A DNA stretch of 63,807 bases, the filler included, from Octopus bimaculoides (taxonomy: Eukaryota), in assembly GCF_001194135.2 (NCBI RefSeq). It is 7 parts of 7 records of this genome, joined end to end, with 100 filler letters (N's around TTAATTAATTAA, not from the genome) between each part and the next. Parts side by side here need not be neighbours in the genome. Positions count along the whole stretch, not along the records: positions 1 to 22,085 come from NC_068994.1; 6 more parts are not named here. One strand, 5' to 3'. A program made the translations under genes and the position numbers. Numbering within the stretch: the stretch's first letter is position 1; every line of letters begins with the position of its first letter. The notes under the pieces are model-generated. The model had not been told where the DNA came from. It did no database searches and saw nothing but the letters and a program-made list of their open reading frames with translations. Shown piece by piece: positions 1-12,372 of this stretch.

Positions 1-32
1 CTGTAATGGTATTCACTTGGGGCAATTTTCCA

Positions 33-116
33 CTTTGACCCTCAGAACTGTCGCTTTGACTCTCAGATCTGTCGCTTTGACTCTCAGAACTGTCGCTTTG
101 ACTCTCAGATCTGTCA
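33..116. repeat. 21-bp minisatellite x4 (ctttgactctcaga[a/t]ctgtcg)
   Basis: Four near-identical tandem units read directly; they explain the TLTLRTVAL repeats of ORF 17..250. Confidence 0.9.
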
Positions 117-233
117 TCCGGATCAGCTGGCTTTGTTCATTAATTTCTGTAAAAGATTTTTATTTATTCACTTTTGTTTCAAAGTCAAAGCGAGAAGAAA
201 GTCAAAGATGTATGAACATGTATATGAAATGGA

Positions 234-269
<36 letters not shown>

Positions 270-328
270 TGTGTCACTTACACATACATGAGAACATACA
301 TGTTCACTCACTCTCTCTCTCTCTCTCA

Positions 329-360
<32 letters not shown>

Positions 361-1399
361 GAGGCACACATACATACAAAAAAGATCTGTACATATGTAT
401 TGATGTATGTACATATACATGACAACACACACCTTCACTCATACTCTCTCTCTTTTTCGCTTTCTCTTCCTCTCTCTCTCTCTCTCTCTCTCTCTCCTTC
501 TCTCATTTTCACACACACACACACATCCATTTCACATATATGTACATTTTCACTTTCTTCTCTTTGAACTTTAAAACAAAAGTAGATAAATAAAAAAATT
601 TTATGGAAATTAACAAACTTCGGATGACAATCAAAAGATCGCCATTCTCTTAAAAATAATTTTTTTAAAATACTAAAATATTGTCTATTTAAAGAAAGCT
701 GAAATATAAATACTTACTGTACAAACAACTTACATTTTTGAAATCACATTCAGTTAAAAATATTTCTAAATGATTAAAATATTGATGTTTTTTATTCCTA
801 GAGAGCACAAAAACTGTGTGTGTATATGTCACAGATAGCGGACGTGTGTTTGTGTTGATTGACATTCATTATGTGTGTGTATTCTGTATGTGTGAATGTG
901 TGTTGATGTCACAGAAGCCATGTTTCTTTTTCCTCAAGAAATAACAAAGAAAAATTGTTTAGTTGTTTTCATTAATAATAGAGGTCCAGATATCGCAAAA
1001 ATTTGTACTGCACTGCGAAGGTAAGTATGAGAATAAATACGCAAAAAAAAATAAAGATAAAATATACTGCTTCTGAGATATATTGGGTACACACAAGCAT
1101 CTCTAGAGTTTTAGTGTTATTAAGATGGCTTTCTTGTATGCTTAAGAATTAAGAAACTACACTGGAAATCTCCTTTCTTTTTTGACACAACTTTTCTTGG
1201 AGGGAAAAGTGTAATGAGACTGAAATGTAAACAGAATGTGAGAACTGTCACACAAAAAATGAATTCATTTAAATGCTGATGAGGTCTCAGGTGATAAACA
1301 GATTTTCTTTTTCATCCAGACATACAGGCATGCCTCCTTTGTTCCTCTCTCAGCAGAAAGCTCCTAGTTTTTTGGGGCTCATGAATGCTGGTGCTACAT

Positions 1400-1640
1400 A
1401 CAAGCACACATTCCAGTGTCATGTAAAAGCACTTGTGCTGGTGTTACGTTAAAAACATCTGGTTCACTCTGTAAAGTGGTTGGCATTAGGAAGGGCATCC
1501 AGTTGTAGAAACCATGCCAAAACAGAAAATGGAACCAAAGCAGCTCTTCAGCTGGCCAGCTCCTGTCAAACCATCCAACCCATGCCAGCATGGAGAATGG
1601 ACGTTAAATAATGATGATGAAGATGATGATGATGATACTC
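1400..1640 (+). mobile_element. SINE/LINE-tail family E (ggttggcattaggaagggcatccag...ccatgccagcatgg...(gat)n)
   Basis: The same sequence recurs at about 17480-17740 (-), 21790-22020 (+), 57200-57320 (-) and as partial copies at about 5200-5270 and 12410-12470. Ends in a (GAT)n tail. Confidence 0.75.
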
Positions 1641-1689
1641 ACAGTAACAATAAAGTCTCTGGATACATGGGAAATATCGCTAATATTTT

Positions 1690-2003
1690 TGTGGAATGGA
1701 CCCCTTGCTCACCAGATATTAATCCCCTTGACTTCTTCTTCTAGGGTCTAATGAAAGAAGTGTCCTTGATGAAAATCATAGACATGAATCATCTGGAAGG
1801 AATGCATTATGAATGATTGTACCCAAATTGATAGAAATGTAGAGTCACTGCGTTGGGTTCGTATGAATCTGTGCAAAGCACAGCAAACTTTGCATCACTT
1901 ATGGTGGAAACCATAGTGAATATGTTATTCATTAATTTAGATTAATAAAATTATTGAAAATATGCATTTTCACTTATGTGCCCAGACTTTACAATCATAC
2001 TGT
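1690..2003 (+). mobile_element. Tc1/mariner transposase C-terminal relic
   Basis: Translates EWTPCSPDINPLDFFF*GLMKEV, matching the WPPxSPDLxPLDFFLWG motif; contains a stop codon. Confidence 0.7.
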
Positions 2004-2075
2004 ATTTATAGTAGATTGAACAGCACCCAAAGCCTTTTGCATAGCCTCCGGGACAAGTGAAAAGACAGGTGAGAA

Positions 2076-2153
<78 letters not shown>

Positions 2154-2340
2154 CAGAGATTGGCCTGAATCTTGCAACAAGGGTCATGCAGTGGAGTTAA
2201 ATTAGGCAGCAGATTAAGTCTGCCACCTAAAAACAGAGACAGTCTGTCAGACAAACATACACAAATTTTCTGTCTATTCATTATCACCAATAAAGTTATT
2301 TAATATGGTAAAACAGACTTGTTTATCTAATCTGTTTATA

Positions 2341-2590
2341 GCAGTGGTTCTCAATCTCAACCATTTTTCTCCCTGTGGAACCCCTTGATTCCTATTTTAC
2401 TCTACTGGACCCCAACAGCCATTCAATGTTTTAAAAATCCTATAGTACTTTTATAATGAAATATCAAGAATTGAATTAAAATATTGTTAAAATAGTTTGT
2501 GTATCATTGAAGTATAACCAATTTATTACACATAAATTTTAACAGCAAAATTTTATATGGACCTCCAAGGGCCATACGGACTCTTGTTAC
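2341..2590 (+). mobile_element. Probable hAT-derived MITE
   Basis: Begins CAGTGGTTCTCAA, typical of hAT/Charlie-type ends; the right end is degenerate. Confidence 0.45.
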
Positions 2591-2639
2591 TTGCTATCTT
2601 ATAACGACATGCACCCAAGAGAGGTTAAACCAGTTCCTA

Positions 2640-2950
2640 TTGAGTTCACTATGTCATGGGCCAAAGTGGTCCAGGCACATTTGTCAACAGCTGATTCTGC
2701 AGTATGTTGAAGCCATTCCCAGTTCCAGTGCTGATCACCAAAGACTCAAGGGCTGGAAACGAGTTTCATATCTGCTTTGACTGTTGTGAATCACATCTTC
2801 AGCTGACCACCTCTGTGCTTATACCAACCCAAGGGAGGACCTGATGTTATTGCCTTCCAGATGAGTTCATCATGGGGGTGCCACATAACATGACCAAACC
2901 ACTGTAGTCTCCTCATCAGAAGAGTCCCCTAATGAGGTGAGAGACCACAA
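2640..2950 (-). mobile_element. RTE-clade LINE relic, RT C-terminal region
   Basis: Minus frame RRLQWFGHVMWHPHDELIWKAITSGPPLGWYKHRGGQLKM*FTTVKADM...DKCAWTTLAHDIVNS resembles the RTE RRLRWFGHV...RGGQxKTW motif; contains stops. Confidence 0.75.
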
Positions 2951-3054
2951 TGAGCATAAAGTTGTCAGTTCGAAACACAGTCTGAGATACACAGTCTGAG
3001 ATACACAGTCAGAGAAGACAATGAATACAGAAATGATTGAAGACCTCCAGCTTC

Positions 3055-3430
3055 ATCAGGCCTACCTTTCAATGTGCCAACATTAAGTATGCCAACACTG
3101 AGGGTGTGGAAGGTGTGGGCCAGTGAGACCCAGAGACGCGGACAGCATTATGCATCTGAAAAGAAAGCTCACATGTGCGTTTGGTAGACGTCATAAACAT
3201 ACAAATAGACTTCAACCTGCATACACTTCACTGTCATTTTATTTGCTTCACAATCACTACATTTACCGGGAGACAGACACTAAATAGGGATGGAGGGGAA
3301 GGGAAGAGAAGGGAGAGCATTCTGTATAGGCAACCACTAGAGGTGCTAAAAGAAAGACATCCAGTAGAAGTTAGAGGAGAAAGACTTCTGGTACAGAAAG
3401 CAGGGGTGGGTTGGGAGGGTGCACCACAAA
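3055..3430 (-). mobile_element. RTE LINE 5' fragment (start of AP endonuclease)
   Basis: Minus frame HTFHTLSVGILNVGTLKGR matches the GTLNVGTLxGR N-terminal APE motif of RTE elements. Confidence 0.6.
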
Positions 3431-4350
3431 TGACAAAACACTATGGATGCCCTATTCCCTAGCTAAAGGCAATGTAACATATCTACAAACAAAGTGAAAG
3501 CCGCTAATTAACAATCAGCATGAGAAAGCAAGTGGGTAAGTAAACTGAGAGAATTTTCGAGATCTAGAGCAACAGTAAACAGAATAGAACAATCGAACAA
3601 CTGGATATAACATCACATAATAATTATAATGAGCACTATAATGTGAGAGAGAACTGAAGACTGGATTTCTTAACTGTACTATAACATATGGCATGGAATA
3701 ATTGAAACTGTCTGAGTAAATAGATAAATTAATGAATAATAATAATTATAATGAGCACTATAAAATGAGGATTAGATGTATGCTAGGCTGGACAAACAAG
3801 AGTTGCTTATCTGAACATTTTCTTTTCATACTTCCACTTCGTGAGGCAGGAATTGCAAATATGAGGTAGAGAAGCTGAAGGGAGCTTTTTTTATTTTTTT
3901 ATAGGGGCAGAAGTCATATTCTCATGATAGGCAAAACAGCAAACAACAAAACACTATGGATGACCTATGGAAGAGATAAATATCTATAACATAAAGAACA
4001 ATTGGGAATTACTAGAAGACCATCTCTGTGATTGGAACAAGATATTAACTAGATGTAAGGTGACATTGTGATCAGCTAAAGGTGATGTAACATCTCCACA
4101 AACAAAGCAAACGCTGCAAATTAACAAGCAAGTAGGTAAGAAAACTGAGAGAGAGAGGTGAAATTTTTAAGAATTAGGGCCACAGTCAAGGAAACAGTAG
4201 AACATTTGGATAAGTGGGTAACAAAGCAAAACAAATGAAGAGACGAAATTTTCAAGATTTAGAGCAACAGTGAACAGAATTGAACAATTGGATTTCTTAA
4301 CTTTACTATAACATAAAGCATGGAATAAATGATACTTTGTGGCTAAATAG
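3430..4350. repeat. Diverged local duplication (about 3430-3720 vs 3945-4350)
   Basis: Shared blocks occur twice in the same order: aaacactatggatg, gatgtaacat..cacaaacaaag, agagcaacagt.aacagaat, ggatttcttaact.tactataaca..gcatggaata. Confidence 0.7.
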
Positions 4351-4364
4351 ATAAATAGCATGTG

Positions 4365-4580
4365 TTATTTCTTTACTACCCACAAGGAGCTACACAGAGA
4401 GGGGACAAACAAGGACAGACAAACGGATTAAGTCGATTATATCGACCCCAGTGCATAACTGGTACTTATTTAATGGACCCCCAAAGGGATGAAAGGCAAA
4501 GTTGACCTCGGCAGAATTTGAACTCAGAACGTAGCGACAGACGAAATACCGCTAAGCATTTCGTCCGGCGTGCTAACGTT
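4365..4580 (-). mobile_element. SINE family B (aaggcggcgagctggcag...ttacgttctgagttcaaattccgccgaggtcgactttgcc)
   Basis: Other copies at about 10208-10420 (+), 14680-14885 (+), 16500-16690 (-), 24795-24995 (+), 32590-33520 (cluster), 44350-44445, 46858-47075 (+) and 47425-47640 (+). Confidence 0.85.
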
Positions 4581-4623
4581 TCTGCCAGCTCACCACCTTA
4601 ATAACATGTTAATAGATAAATAG

Positions 4624-4657
<34 letters not shown>

Positions 4658-4869
4658 TTTGACCGACCACCACCACATGACAACCAGTGTTAGTGTGCTT
4701 ACATCCCCATAACTTAGTGATTCAGCAAAAAGAGACAAACAGAACAAGTACCGGNNNNNNNNNNNNNNNNNNNNNNNNNNNNNNNNNNNNNNNNNNNNNN
4801 NNNNNNNNNNNNNNNNNNNNNNNNNNNNNNNNNNNNNNNNNNNNNNNNNNNNNNNNNNNNNNNNNNNNN

Positions 4870-4901
<32 letters not shown>

Positions 4902-5366
4902 CATACATACATACATACATACATACATACATACATACACACACATATACATGCATACATACACGCACGTGTGCATACATGTGTCTATGTGTGTATGCAT
5001 GTGTGTGTGCATTACTGTCTCCTTGCCTTCACAGTATGTGTGACAGTTGTAAGCAAGTGTCACTGTAACACAAACAGAGTTCTTCATTTCAAATCTTCCA
5101 TGAAAACATGTCTGATTCTGGAGAAATATTACCTTGCTTGGAAACAGGGACAGGTTGACAACAGGGAAGGGCATCAGACTATAGAAAACCCACCTTAACA
5201 AATTCTTCTGTCCAATGCATGCAAGCATGGAAAAGTGGTTGTTACAATGATGATGATGATGATGATGCATCAGCATTTAAAGTACATACTGACAACTGAA
5301 AATAAAGTATTAGTAAAATGATAACAGAAAATGAAAACATTTATTAAATATATTTAATATTATTAC

Positions 5367-5510
5367 CTTGTCTTTCATGTCTTCCACTTTCTCTTTCAAT
5401 GCACCAACAATGTTATTCGGAGGCAAAGATTTCTGCATTATATTGCAAGTTTTTAAATACGACAGAGTATTTTTTTGCAGCTCTTCATGATCAAGGGTAT
5501 CAAAAGGACA
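5367..5510 (-). CDS. DNAH6: DNAH6-like exon 5 in window: CPFDTLDHEELQKNTLSYLKTCNIMQKSLPPNNIVGALKEKVEDMKDK
   Basis: tttatttcag|TGTCCT...GACAAG|gtaata; 144 bp, phase 0/0. Similar to recalled SKFDCLDPEVLNGQVSKYAKFVTQLEKGLPPNSVVPQLKYKVEKMKEK. Absent from the ORF track. Confidence 0.9.
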
Positions 5511-6349
5511 CTGAAATAAACAATTTCAATCTAACTTCATTTTTTTATTTCTCCATTCATTACTTATTCAAATTCAAACTCTCTAAAATCAACAAGCAAT
5601 GTGAAAAGAAGAAAAAAAAAACAGCTCTTATGATAAACTGAATCATTTATACTCCATTATTCATTTTCTACAATAACAAGCTGAAGGATGGAAACCCATT
5701 AAAAGCAATAAAGTTTCACAGAATAGCTTCCAGCCAGCAGCTCCAGTTCTTGCAATTATTCTAGTCAAAATGGTATCAGAAATTTTGCTCGGCTTTCAAC
5801 TGACTTACATAAGCATACAGTAGAAAATATTCTACGATATGAACAATCCAGGAAGCCATTTTTTGAAAATTTTCCCTTCTTTTATATCAGGTACATAATG
5901 GCCTGTATGTCTGAGTCTGTCTATACATATGCATGCACACAAGCACATATATTACTGTGATAAATATATTTTTCATTCCAGTATTTCTCTTTTCATAATT
6001 GTTTAGCATTATAATTCTTCTGTTCATCTCTTAAGTAATTTGGAAAAGTTTATAATAAAAAACAGATAAATGTACATTATACATTACTATGGCATTGGTC
6101 TGATTCTTAGCTCAGTTAATATTTAAGATATTTCATTCACTGGTACATAAAAGTAATAATCATCATTAAAGCAACTTATATTCTAGTCAGTTGCAGACAT
6201 TCCAATACACACATGAGAGAAGTAGGTATTTGCAAACGAAGAAAAGAATAGAATTACAAATAATACCTTCAAAGACAGAAGAGTTAAGTTTTGCATCAGA
6301 AGCCTATTGGCAATTGATTGAATTCATAAAAGCTTTGATGTTGTAGATT

Positions 6350-6620
6350 TTTAGTCTGCATGCAAACTTGAAACTTCTGCTGCAGACAGATCGGCATGGA
6401 AGTTTCTCACTTCATGAGCACCAGCTGCCTTCAAAGAGGACCAGTGACAGCATCTCACTGCTGTAAGTGAAAGATATCACTGGGCAGTGTCCATCTCAGT
6501 CCAATCAACAGACTATCATTCTAAGACATCTGTTGGTGCCTGTGTGCTTCCAGCTTTGGACTGCAGAATCAGATGTATTCTCATTACTGAGAACACAGAC
6601 TCTGTCGTTGTTAGACATTG
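6350..6620 (+). mobile_element. RTE LINE 3' relic
   Basis: Frame ACKLETSAADRSAWKFLTS*APAAFKEDQ*QHLTAVSERYHWAVS resembles the RTE C-terminal A.DRSAW..L...AAAFE motif; contains stops. Confidence 0.6.
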
Positions 6621-7276
6621 ATCGACTACCAACGATAGTAAATATTTCAGAAGTGAACTCACCAGGCAAGTAATCTGATATAAGACCATGTGTTGAAACT
6701 AAAACGGCCCCAGTGTAGATATATATATATCAACTATTCAAAACATTTGTTATTTGATGTCAAAATGTTCATCACACCAACTGCAACCTGGTCACCAACA
6801 TGATTCCATGACACCAAATAATAAATTTTTAAGTGAAGTTGATAGTTTTGTGTATGTCTGAAAGGCTAATATGTGTTTCCCATGCTAAAATTGATTTCAA
6901 AAAGTATTTGGCAGAATTCTGGTTTAAGCTCCTCTATAACTCCTCAATACTTTTTCATTTTTTGGAATTTTCAAACATTTTTGTGAATTCTACACATGGA
7001 AATTCATACAATTATAAAAAAAAAATTTTCTTTTAATTTTTAAAATTCCACTCCCATAAATCATCCTAAAATATCCACTCTTTTTTTTGAATTTTTATTC
7101 TAAATCAGAGTTTAAAATACAGTCAGAATTATTGTAAATTTCTACTAATTGCCAACTTATAAGTGGATGTTTCACATTGCATTTTTTACAGATGGAACAT
7201 TGGCCTTGTTGGAGTCATTTCCATATCTAATCATTATATTTTGTAGTAGGGGTTCTGAATGATGGGGTAAGATGTG

Positions 7277-7890
7277 AGACGACCACCAAAAATGGCAGTG
7301 CAAAAGTTTTTGGCCACCTCACATAAACCAGTCAAGATACAGTGTTTTAAAATAGTAAAATATCTATAATGAAAATTTATTACATAATGTTCATTTCAAG
7401 AAGTTATTGTACATTGTTAATATTTTGTGTGGCTTCTCTTAACTTGAATAATTGCTTCAATGCGCCTGGGAAGATAAAGTACAAATCCTTACCACAACAC
7501 TTCAAGATTGCAGTGAATTCTTCTGACAAACTGTTCTCTTTAGTTCTGTCCACATTTGCTCGATGATATTTAAGTCAGGGCTCTGAGCTGGCCAATCTTT
7601 CAATATGGTAACACCTTCATGAGCCAGACTCTGTTGTGCTGCATGTGATCTGTGACATGGAGCTCTGTCATGCTGAAATATGTCACCTTCATTCAAGTCT
7701 GGTATCAAATTGGCCTTCAGCAACTGGATGTATGTGGCACTATTCAAGTGACTGTCAATTTTAACCAAATTTCTTGAACCATCACTTTTTATGTATCCCC
7801 AAAGCACCAGACTCTTATCCCCCAAACTTCAGTTTCCATCATTAATGTAAGTCATTTCACTTTCCTGGAGGCCTTCTGACAAATTCTCGC
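7277..7890 (-). mobile_element. Tc1-family transposon fragment (DDE domain)
   Basis: ORF 7502..7825 has FQHDRAPCH and DWPAQSPDLNIIEQMW motifs; Tc1-like end cagtgcaaaagtttttggccacc near 7277. Confidence 0.9.
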
Positions 7891-8235
7891 TTACTAGAAA
7901 GCAAAACAACCCACATTACATGACAAAAACAGTCAAACAAAGTGTCTTGCTCAAGAACACAACACACAGCTCAGTTTGGGAATCGAACTCTCGAACTCAC
8001 AACCTCATGATTGTGAGCCTGACACTCAAGCATGCATTATATTATAGCTTTAAGGTTTTGCTGATGTGACTGTTTAATTTTACAATGTCAGTGTAGGTTA
8101 GGTGTGAGAGGTTAGATATACCAAGTGTGAATGTAGAACATAGAGTATTTAGGCCTGATATGGTTGGTTTAAATGCTAAAGGATTAAACCAAATGCAACT
8201 TAGTAAGATAATTTGTATGTCTGCTTTTAACTTAC

Positions 8236-8349
8236 AACCATGGCTTTTGCTGTTAAAACGTCCCAATCTTCCATTGCAGTCCATAGTTTCTGCTTCATTA
8301 GTAATTCTTGGTTTAGCTCATCAAGGTCATCAAAGTCTGTTACCTCAAT
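8236..8349 (-). CDS. DNAH6: DNAH6-like exon 4 in window: IEVTDFDDLDELNQELLMKQKLWTAMEDWDVLTAKAMV
   Basis: atatttcag|ATTGAG...ATGGTT|gtaagt; 114 bp, phase 0/0. Similar to recalled VEVSKFEALEEVSAELKLKQLLWDSFSEWDKLQQEWLK, the start of the DHC_N2 region. Confidence 0.9.
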
Positions 8350-8449
8350 CTGAAATATTAAATAACAATTCATAAGAACAATAATAATAATAATAACAAT
8401 AACAACAACAGTAATAATCTTTTCTACCATAGAAATGGCAGCAACACAT

Positions 8450-8660
8450 GACATACAAATGCCTTTATGGGGACCTGCTGAAAGTTAGCGAGAAGATCAG
8501 GCAAAGATGGCTGCAACTGTCTGGTCACTGCATGCACCACCCTGAACTTGGGGCATCCAAATTAGTTTTGGGGAACCCAGTTCATGGTGATGTAAGAAGA
8601 GGAAAATGACATAACACTTACATACAACTTGATCATGGAGAGTGACCTGGAATGTATCCA
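8450..8660 (+). mobile_element. RTE/RTEX-like LINE C-terminal relic
   Basis: Translates MTYKCLYGDLLKVSEKIRQRWLQLSGHCMHHPELGASKLVLGNPVHGDVRRGK*, resembling the IRxRRLxLAGHCxRHPEL...HG..RRG motif. Confidence 0.65.
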
Positions 8661-9081
8661 TGACTATGGTGTACTAACACAAAGTATTTTGCCCAGATTG
8701 ATAATTCTTCACAAATAACTTAATTATTACATATATAATACACATATACTATGATGATGGACTTTCCCATCGGAGACAACATATGAGTGTTCAGCTCTAG
8801 TTGAACAAGCCACACAAATAATTTGTTTATCATGATTAAATGTATGTGCTGTAGATTATCTCACACCCTCCATCAAATTTATGTTGCCTGAAAAGATGCA
8901 TGGTGCACTATGCATCAAGTGTTGAAGTGATCACAGAGCAACTGACGATGAAGTGTTTTGCTCAAGAACACACAGCACCACCCGGTATAAGAACTGAAAC
9001 CATGATCTTACAGTTGTGAGTGCAACACCCTAAACACTGGGCCATGCATCCTCATATATATATTATATGTATTATATATAT

Positions 9082-9410
9082 GTGAAAGCACATTACTTAG
9101 TGGTTAGGGTATTTGCTTCATGATCATAAGGTCATGAGTTCAATTCCCGGTGACGCATTCTGTCCTTGAGCAAGACACTTTATTTCACATTGTTCCAGTC
9201 CACTCAGCCAGCAAGAATGAGTAGTACCTGTATTTCAAAGGGTCAGCCTTGTCACATTTTCTGTCATGCTGAATCTCCCTGAGAACTATATTAAGAGTAT
9301 GTGTGTCTGTGGAGTGCTCAGCCACTTGTACATTAATTTCATGAGCAGGCTGTTCTGTTGATCGGATCAACTGGAACACTTGTCATCATAACCAACGGAT
9401 TGTCGGTTAG
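9082..9410 (+). mobile_element. SINE family D (tRNA-like head, gtccttgagcaagacactttatttcac core)
   Basis: tRNA A/B-box-like head. Other copies at about 7900-8035 (-), 8750-9055 (-), 20388-20722 (+), 21615-21775 (+), 28009-28600 (two, -) and 37200-37390 (+). Confidence 0.8.
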
Positions 9411-9880
9411 GAAAGGCTGTGTGGTAAGAAGCTTGCTTCCCAACCACATGGTTCTGGGTTCAGTCTCACTGCATGGCACCTTGGACAAGTGGCTTCTACT
9501 ATAGCCTCAGGCCAACCAAAGCCTTATGAGTAGATTTGGTAGACAGAAACTGAAAGAAGCCTGTCGTATGTGTGTGTGTGGGGGGGGGGGGTCTGTGTTT
9601 ATCCCCCCACCATCACTTGACAACCAGTCTTGGTGGGTTTACATCCCTGTAAACAATAATGGCTGAAATAGAATGTCCAGCAGAGCTCCTACAGAAAGTT
9701 TGTTTCTTCGGGACAGAAAGAATTATCAGGTGGTTTATAAGCACTTGAAAGACTGCTGAAGACTTGTGGCTACCTAAGGTTACAGGTAGTAACTTGCTAT
9801 CCACATAATTCCTACCAAAAATAAGACTGAAACTGAGCCAAACCAAAATAATAATAATAATATGATCAACTTATTTTATA

Positions 9881-10986
9881 TGAGGTGGTATCAAAAAGTT
9901 CCCAGACTAGTTTTGTAGTGCACCAACAGATGGCAGCACAAGGTTGTGTGCGCAAAGAGAGTTAGCAGTGATTTTCATGAGGCAATGTGCTGAGTGACAT
10001 TACTGTGTTTACTTCGCAAGTTGTGAAATTTGCCCTTATGTGATCACATGTATGCTGTAGTCTGCAGTATTGTCATGGACAGAAACAAAGAGCCAACATT
10101 AAATTTTGCAATAAACTTGGGAAGTCTGCTACAGAGAGATTGAGAGTGCTTTCACAAGCTTATGGCGACAAGCCAATGGTCCATACACAACATTTCGAGT
10201 GGCTTAAGACAGCGAGCTGGCAGAAATGTTAGCACACCGGATGAAATGCTTAGAAGTATTTCATCTGTCTTTACGTTCTGAGTTCAAATTCCGCCAAGGT
10301 CAACTTTTCCTGTCATCCCTTCGGGATCAATAAATTAAGTAGCAGTTGCATACTGGGGTTGATCTAATCGACTGGCCCCCTCCCCAAAAATTTCAGGCCT
10401 TGTGCCTAGAGTAGAAAAGAACATTTCGAGTGGCATGATACTTCAAAAGTGGAAGGACGTCCCTGGAAGACAAGGAGTGTTCTAGAAGACAATGAGTGTT
10501 CTGGAAGACAATGAGTGTTCTGGAAGACAATGAGTGTTCTGGAAGACCTACCACAAGTGACACCCAAGGGAGCACATCCAGCAAAAGCAACCGGATCTGT
10601 GGAGTGTGAAGAATTGAATTCTTCACAACGACAATGTACCCTGTCACTGAGCTCTCCTCACTCGTGAATTTCTCGCCAAAAGCAACATGGTGTTACTTCT
10701 GTACCCACCCTATTCACCGGATTTAGCACCTGCAGACTTCCATCTCTTCCTCAAGATGAAAATTCAGCTCAAACACCATTGTCAAGATCCAGAGCAAATC
10801 ACAGAAGGTCCTCGATTCGCTTACAGAAAAGAATTTCCAGGCCGGATTCCAAAAGTGGCAGGAATGCTGGGACCAGTGTATTGCTGCAAAAGGTGACTAT
10901 TTCAAAGGAGATGATATTAAAACTTAGGTAAATAAATTATCTTTTACTGAACATAACTAGTTCAGGAACCTTTTGATACCACCTCA
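9881..10986 (+). mobile_element. Internally deleted mariner with both TIRs, carrying a nested SINE B and a 19-bp tandem repeat
   Basis: Left TIR tgaggtggtatcaaaaagttcccagactagtt follows TA; the right TIR reverse-complements to tgaggtggtatcaaaaggttcctgaactagtt. ORF 10687..10896 contains YPPYSPDLAPADFHLF (mariner YSPDLAP motif). Confidence 0.9.
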
Positions 10987-11157
10987 AACAGTGCTCAGGT
11001 GCACTACAACTCATCAGAAAAAAGTAACCAAAACTACATGAATAGTACATAAAATATGCACAGGTGAACAGCGAATAAGTCATAAAAAAACAACACAAAT
11101 ATTTATGACAATGATCCAAAAATTCAAAAAGAATGATTAATTAATTTAATGAAATAC

Positions 11158-11286
11158 CTTGAAATCTTTTTGATATGCTTGAAACGTTTCAGAATCTGCT
11201 ACTATTTTATTCATTGATGATATAAATTTCTTTAGAAGTTGCATAACTTGACTTTTATTGGAGTTTATGTCCAGGATTTTAGGATT
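11158..11286 (-). CDS. DNAH6: DNAH6-like exon 3 in window: NPKILDINSNKSQVMQLLKKFISSMNKIVADSETFQAYQKDFK
   Basis: gtatttttcag|AATCCT...TTCAAG|gtattt; 129 bp, 43 aa. Same length as the recalled segment DPQILDISADQDKIRLILNNLQSVLADLQKRAFQYKSYQKNFK. Absent from the ORF track. Confidence 0.88.
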
Positions 11287-11974
11287 CTGAAAAATACAAA
11301 TAGGATATTTTTGAATATAGTCTAGTAAGACAACAGGGTAACGCCATTAGTAGGGGAGGTTAGGAAGGTAAGTTAAAGGAGGGGAGTGAAACATTGTGAA
11401 AAGTATCATGCTCTCTATGGGGGGTTTGTTGTAATTGTGGAAAGCAATTATTGCATGGTTCTAAGTATTTAAGGAGTGTAATGTACAATTTCCTGTAGAT
11501 CAGACTGCATCATGGTCTCAGCAGACAAAATGGAAAAGGCATTGCCCTGAAGGATGGCTAGGGAGGTGTGCTGGAACAAGCAATCTGACTCATGGGGCTT
11601 GCACTTGTGGTCAGCTGTCTCCACCCCAATAATGGTGAGCTGCGATATGGTCTGGAAGCCAAGAACACTGCAGAGCTCTACTGCCATAGACTTGACCATA
11701 AACCTGATGGAGAGCAACCAATACCTTGATGGTTTGATTTTCTCAACCTGGAAGAAAGTAGAGCCAGGGCTAACCATGCCAAGTTCTGGCTGGAGAAGGT
11801 GTCACAGCATGTAACATCCCAGATGATGGGCCTACTGCCATGGAACAGAGAAAATTGTCATATTGTGACTAAATAAATTAAGAGAAGTTAAAACAAACAA
11901 GAAAAAGATAAGAGACTTTTTTTAATAATACAGTCTGTCATAAACAAAGTAGAATTGAAAGAAAGTTTTTAAAA

Positions 11975-12372
11975 GGCGCAGGAGTGGTTGTGTGGTAAGT
12001 AGCTTGCTTACCAACCACATAGTTCTGGGTTCAGTCTCACTGCATGGCACCTTGGGCAAGTGTCTTTTACTGTAGCCTCAGGCCGACCAAAGCCTTGTGA
12101 GTGGATTTGGTAGACGGAAACTGAAAGAAGCCCGTCGTATATATGTGTACATATATGTGTATGTGTGTTTGTGTGTCTGTGTTTGTCCCCCCAACATCGC
12201 ATGACAACCGATGCTGGTGTGTTTATGTCCCCGTAACTTAGCGGTTTGGCAAAAAAGACTAATAGAATAAGTACTAGGCTTACAAAGAATAAGTCCTGGG
12301 GTCGATTTGCTCGACTAAAGGCGGTGCTCCAGCATGGCCGCAGTCTAATGACTGAAACAGGTAAAAGAGTAA
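11975..12372 (+). mobile_element. SINE family A, near full length (ggcgcaggagtgg...tggcaccttgggcaagtg...gtaaaagag)
   Basis: tRNA-like head with an internal (TA/TG)n tract. Other copies at 9414-9650, 4625-4754, 12770-12900, 19040-19163 (-), 24664-24780, 39815-40185, 50470-50710, 51928-52300 (-) and 63345-63490. Confidence 0.9.

Noticed and set aside
5727-5890. Plus-strand open frame (RNFARLSTDLHKHTVENILRYEQSRKPFFENF) ending in CAG|GTACAT
   Set aside because: No polypyrimidine acceptor and no recognised homology; compatible with chance.
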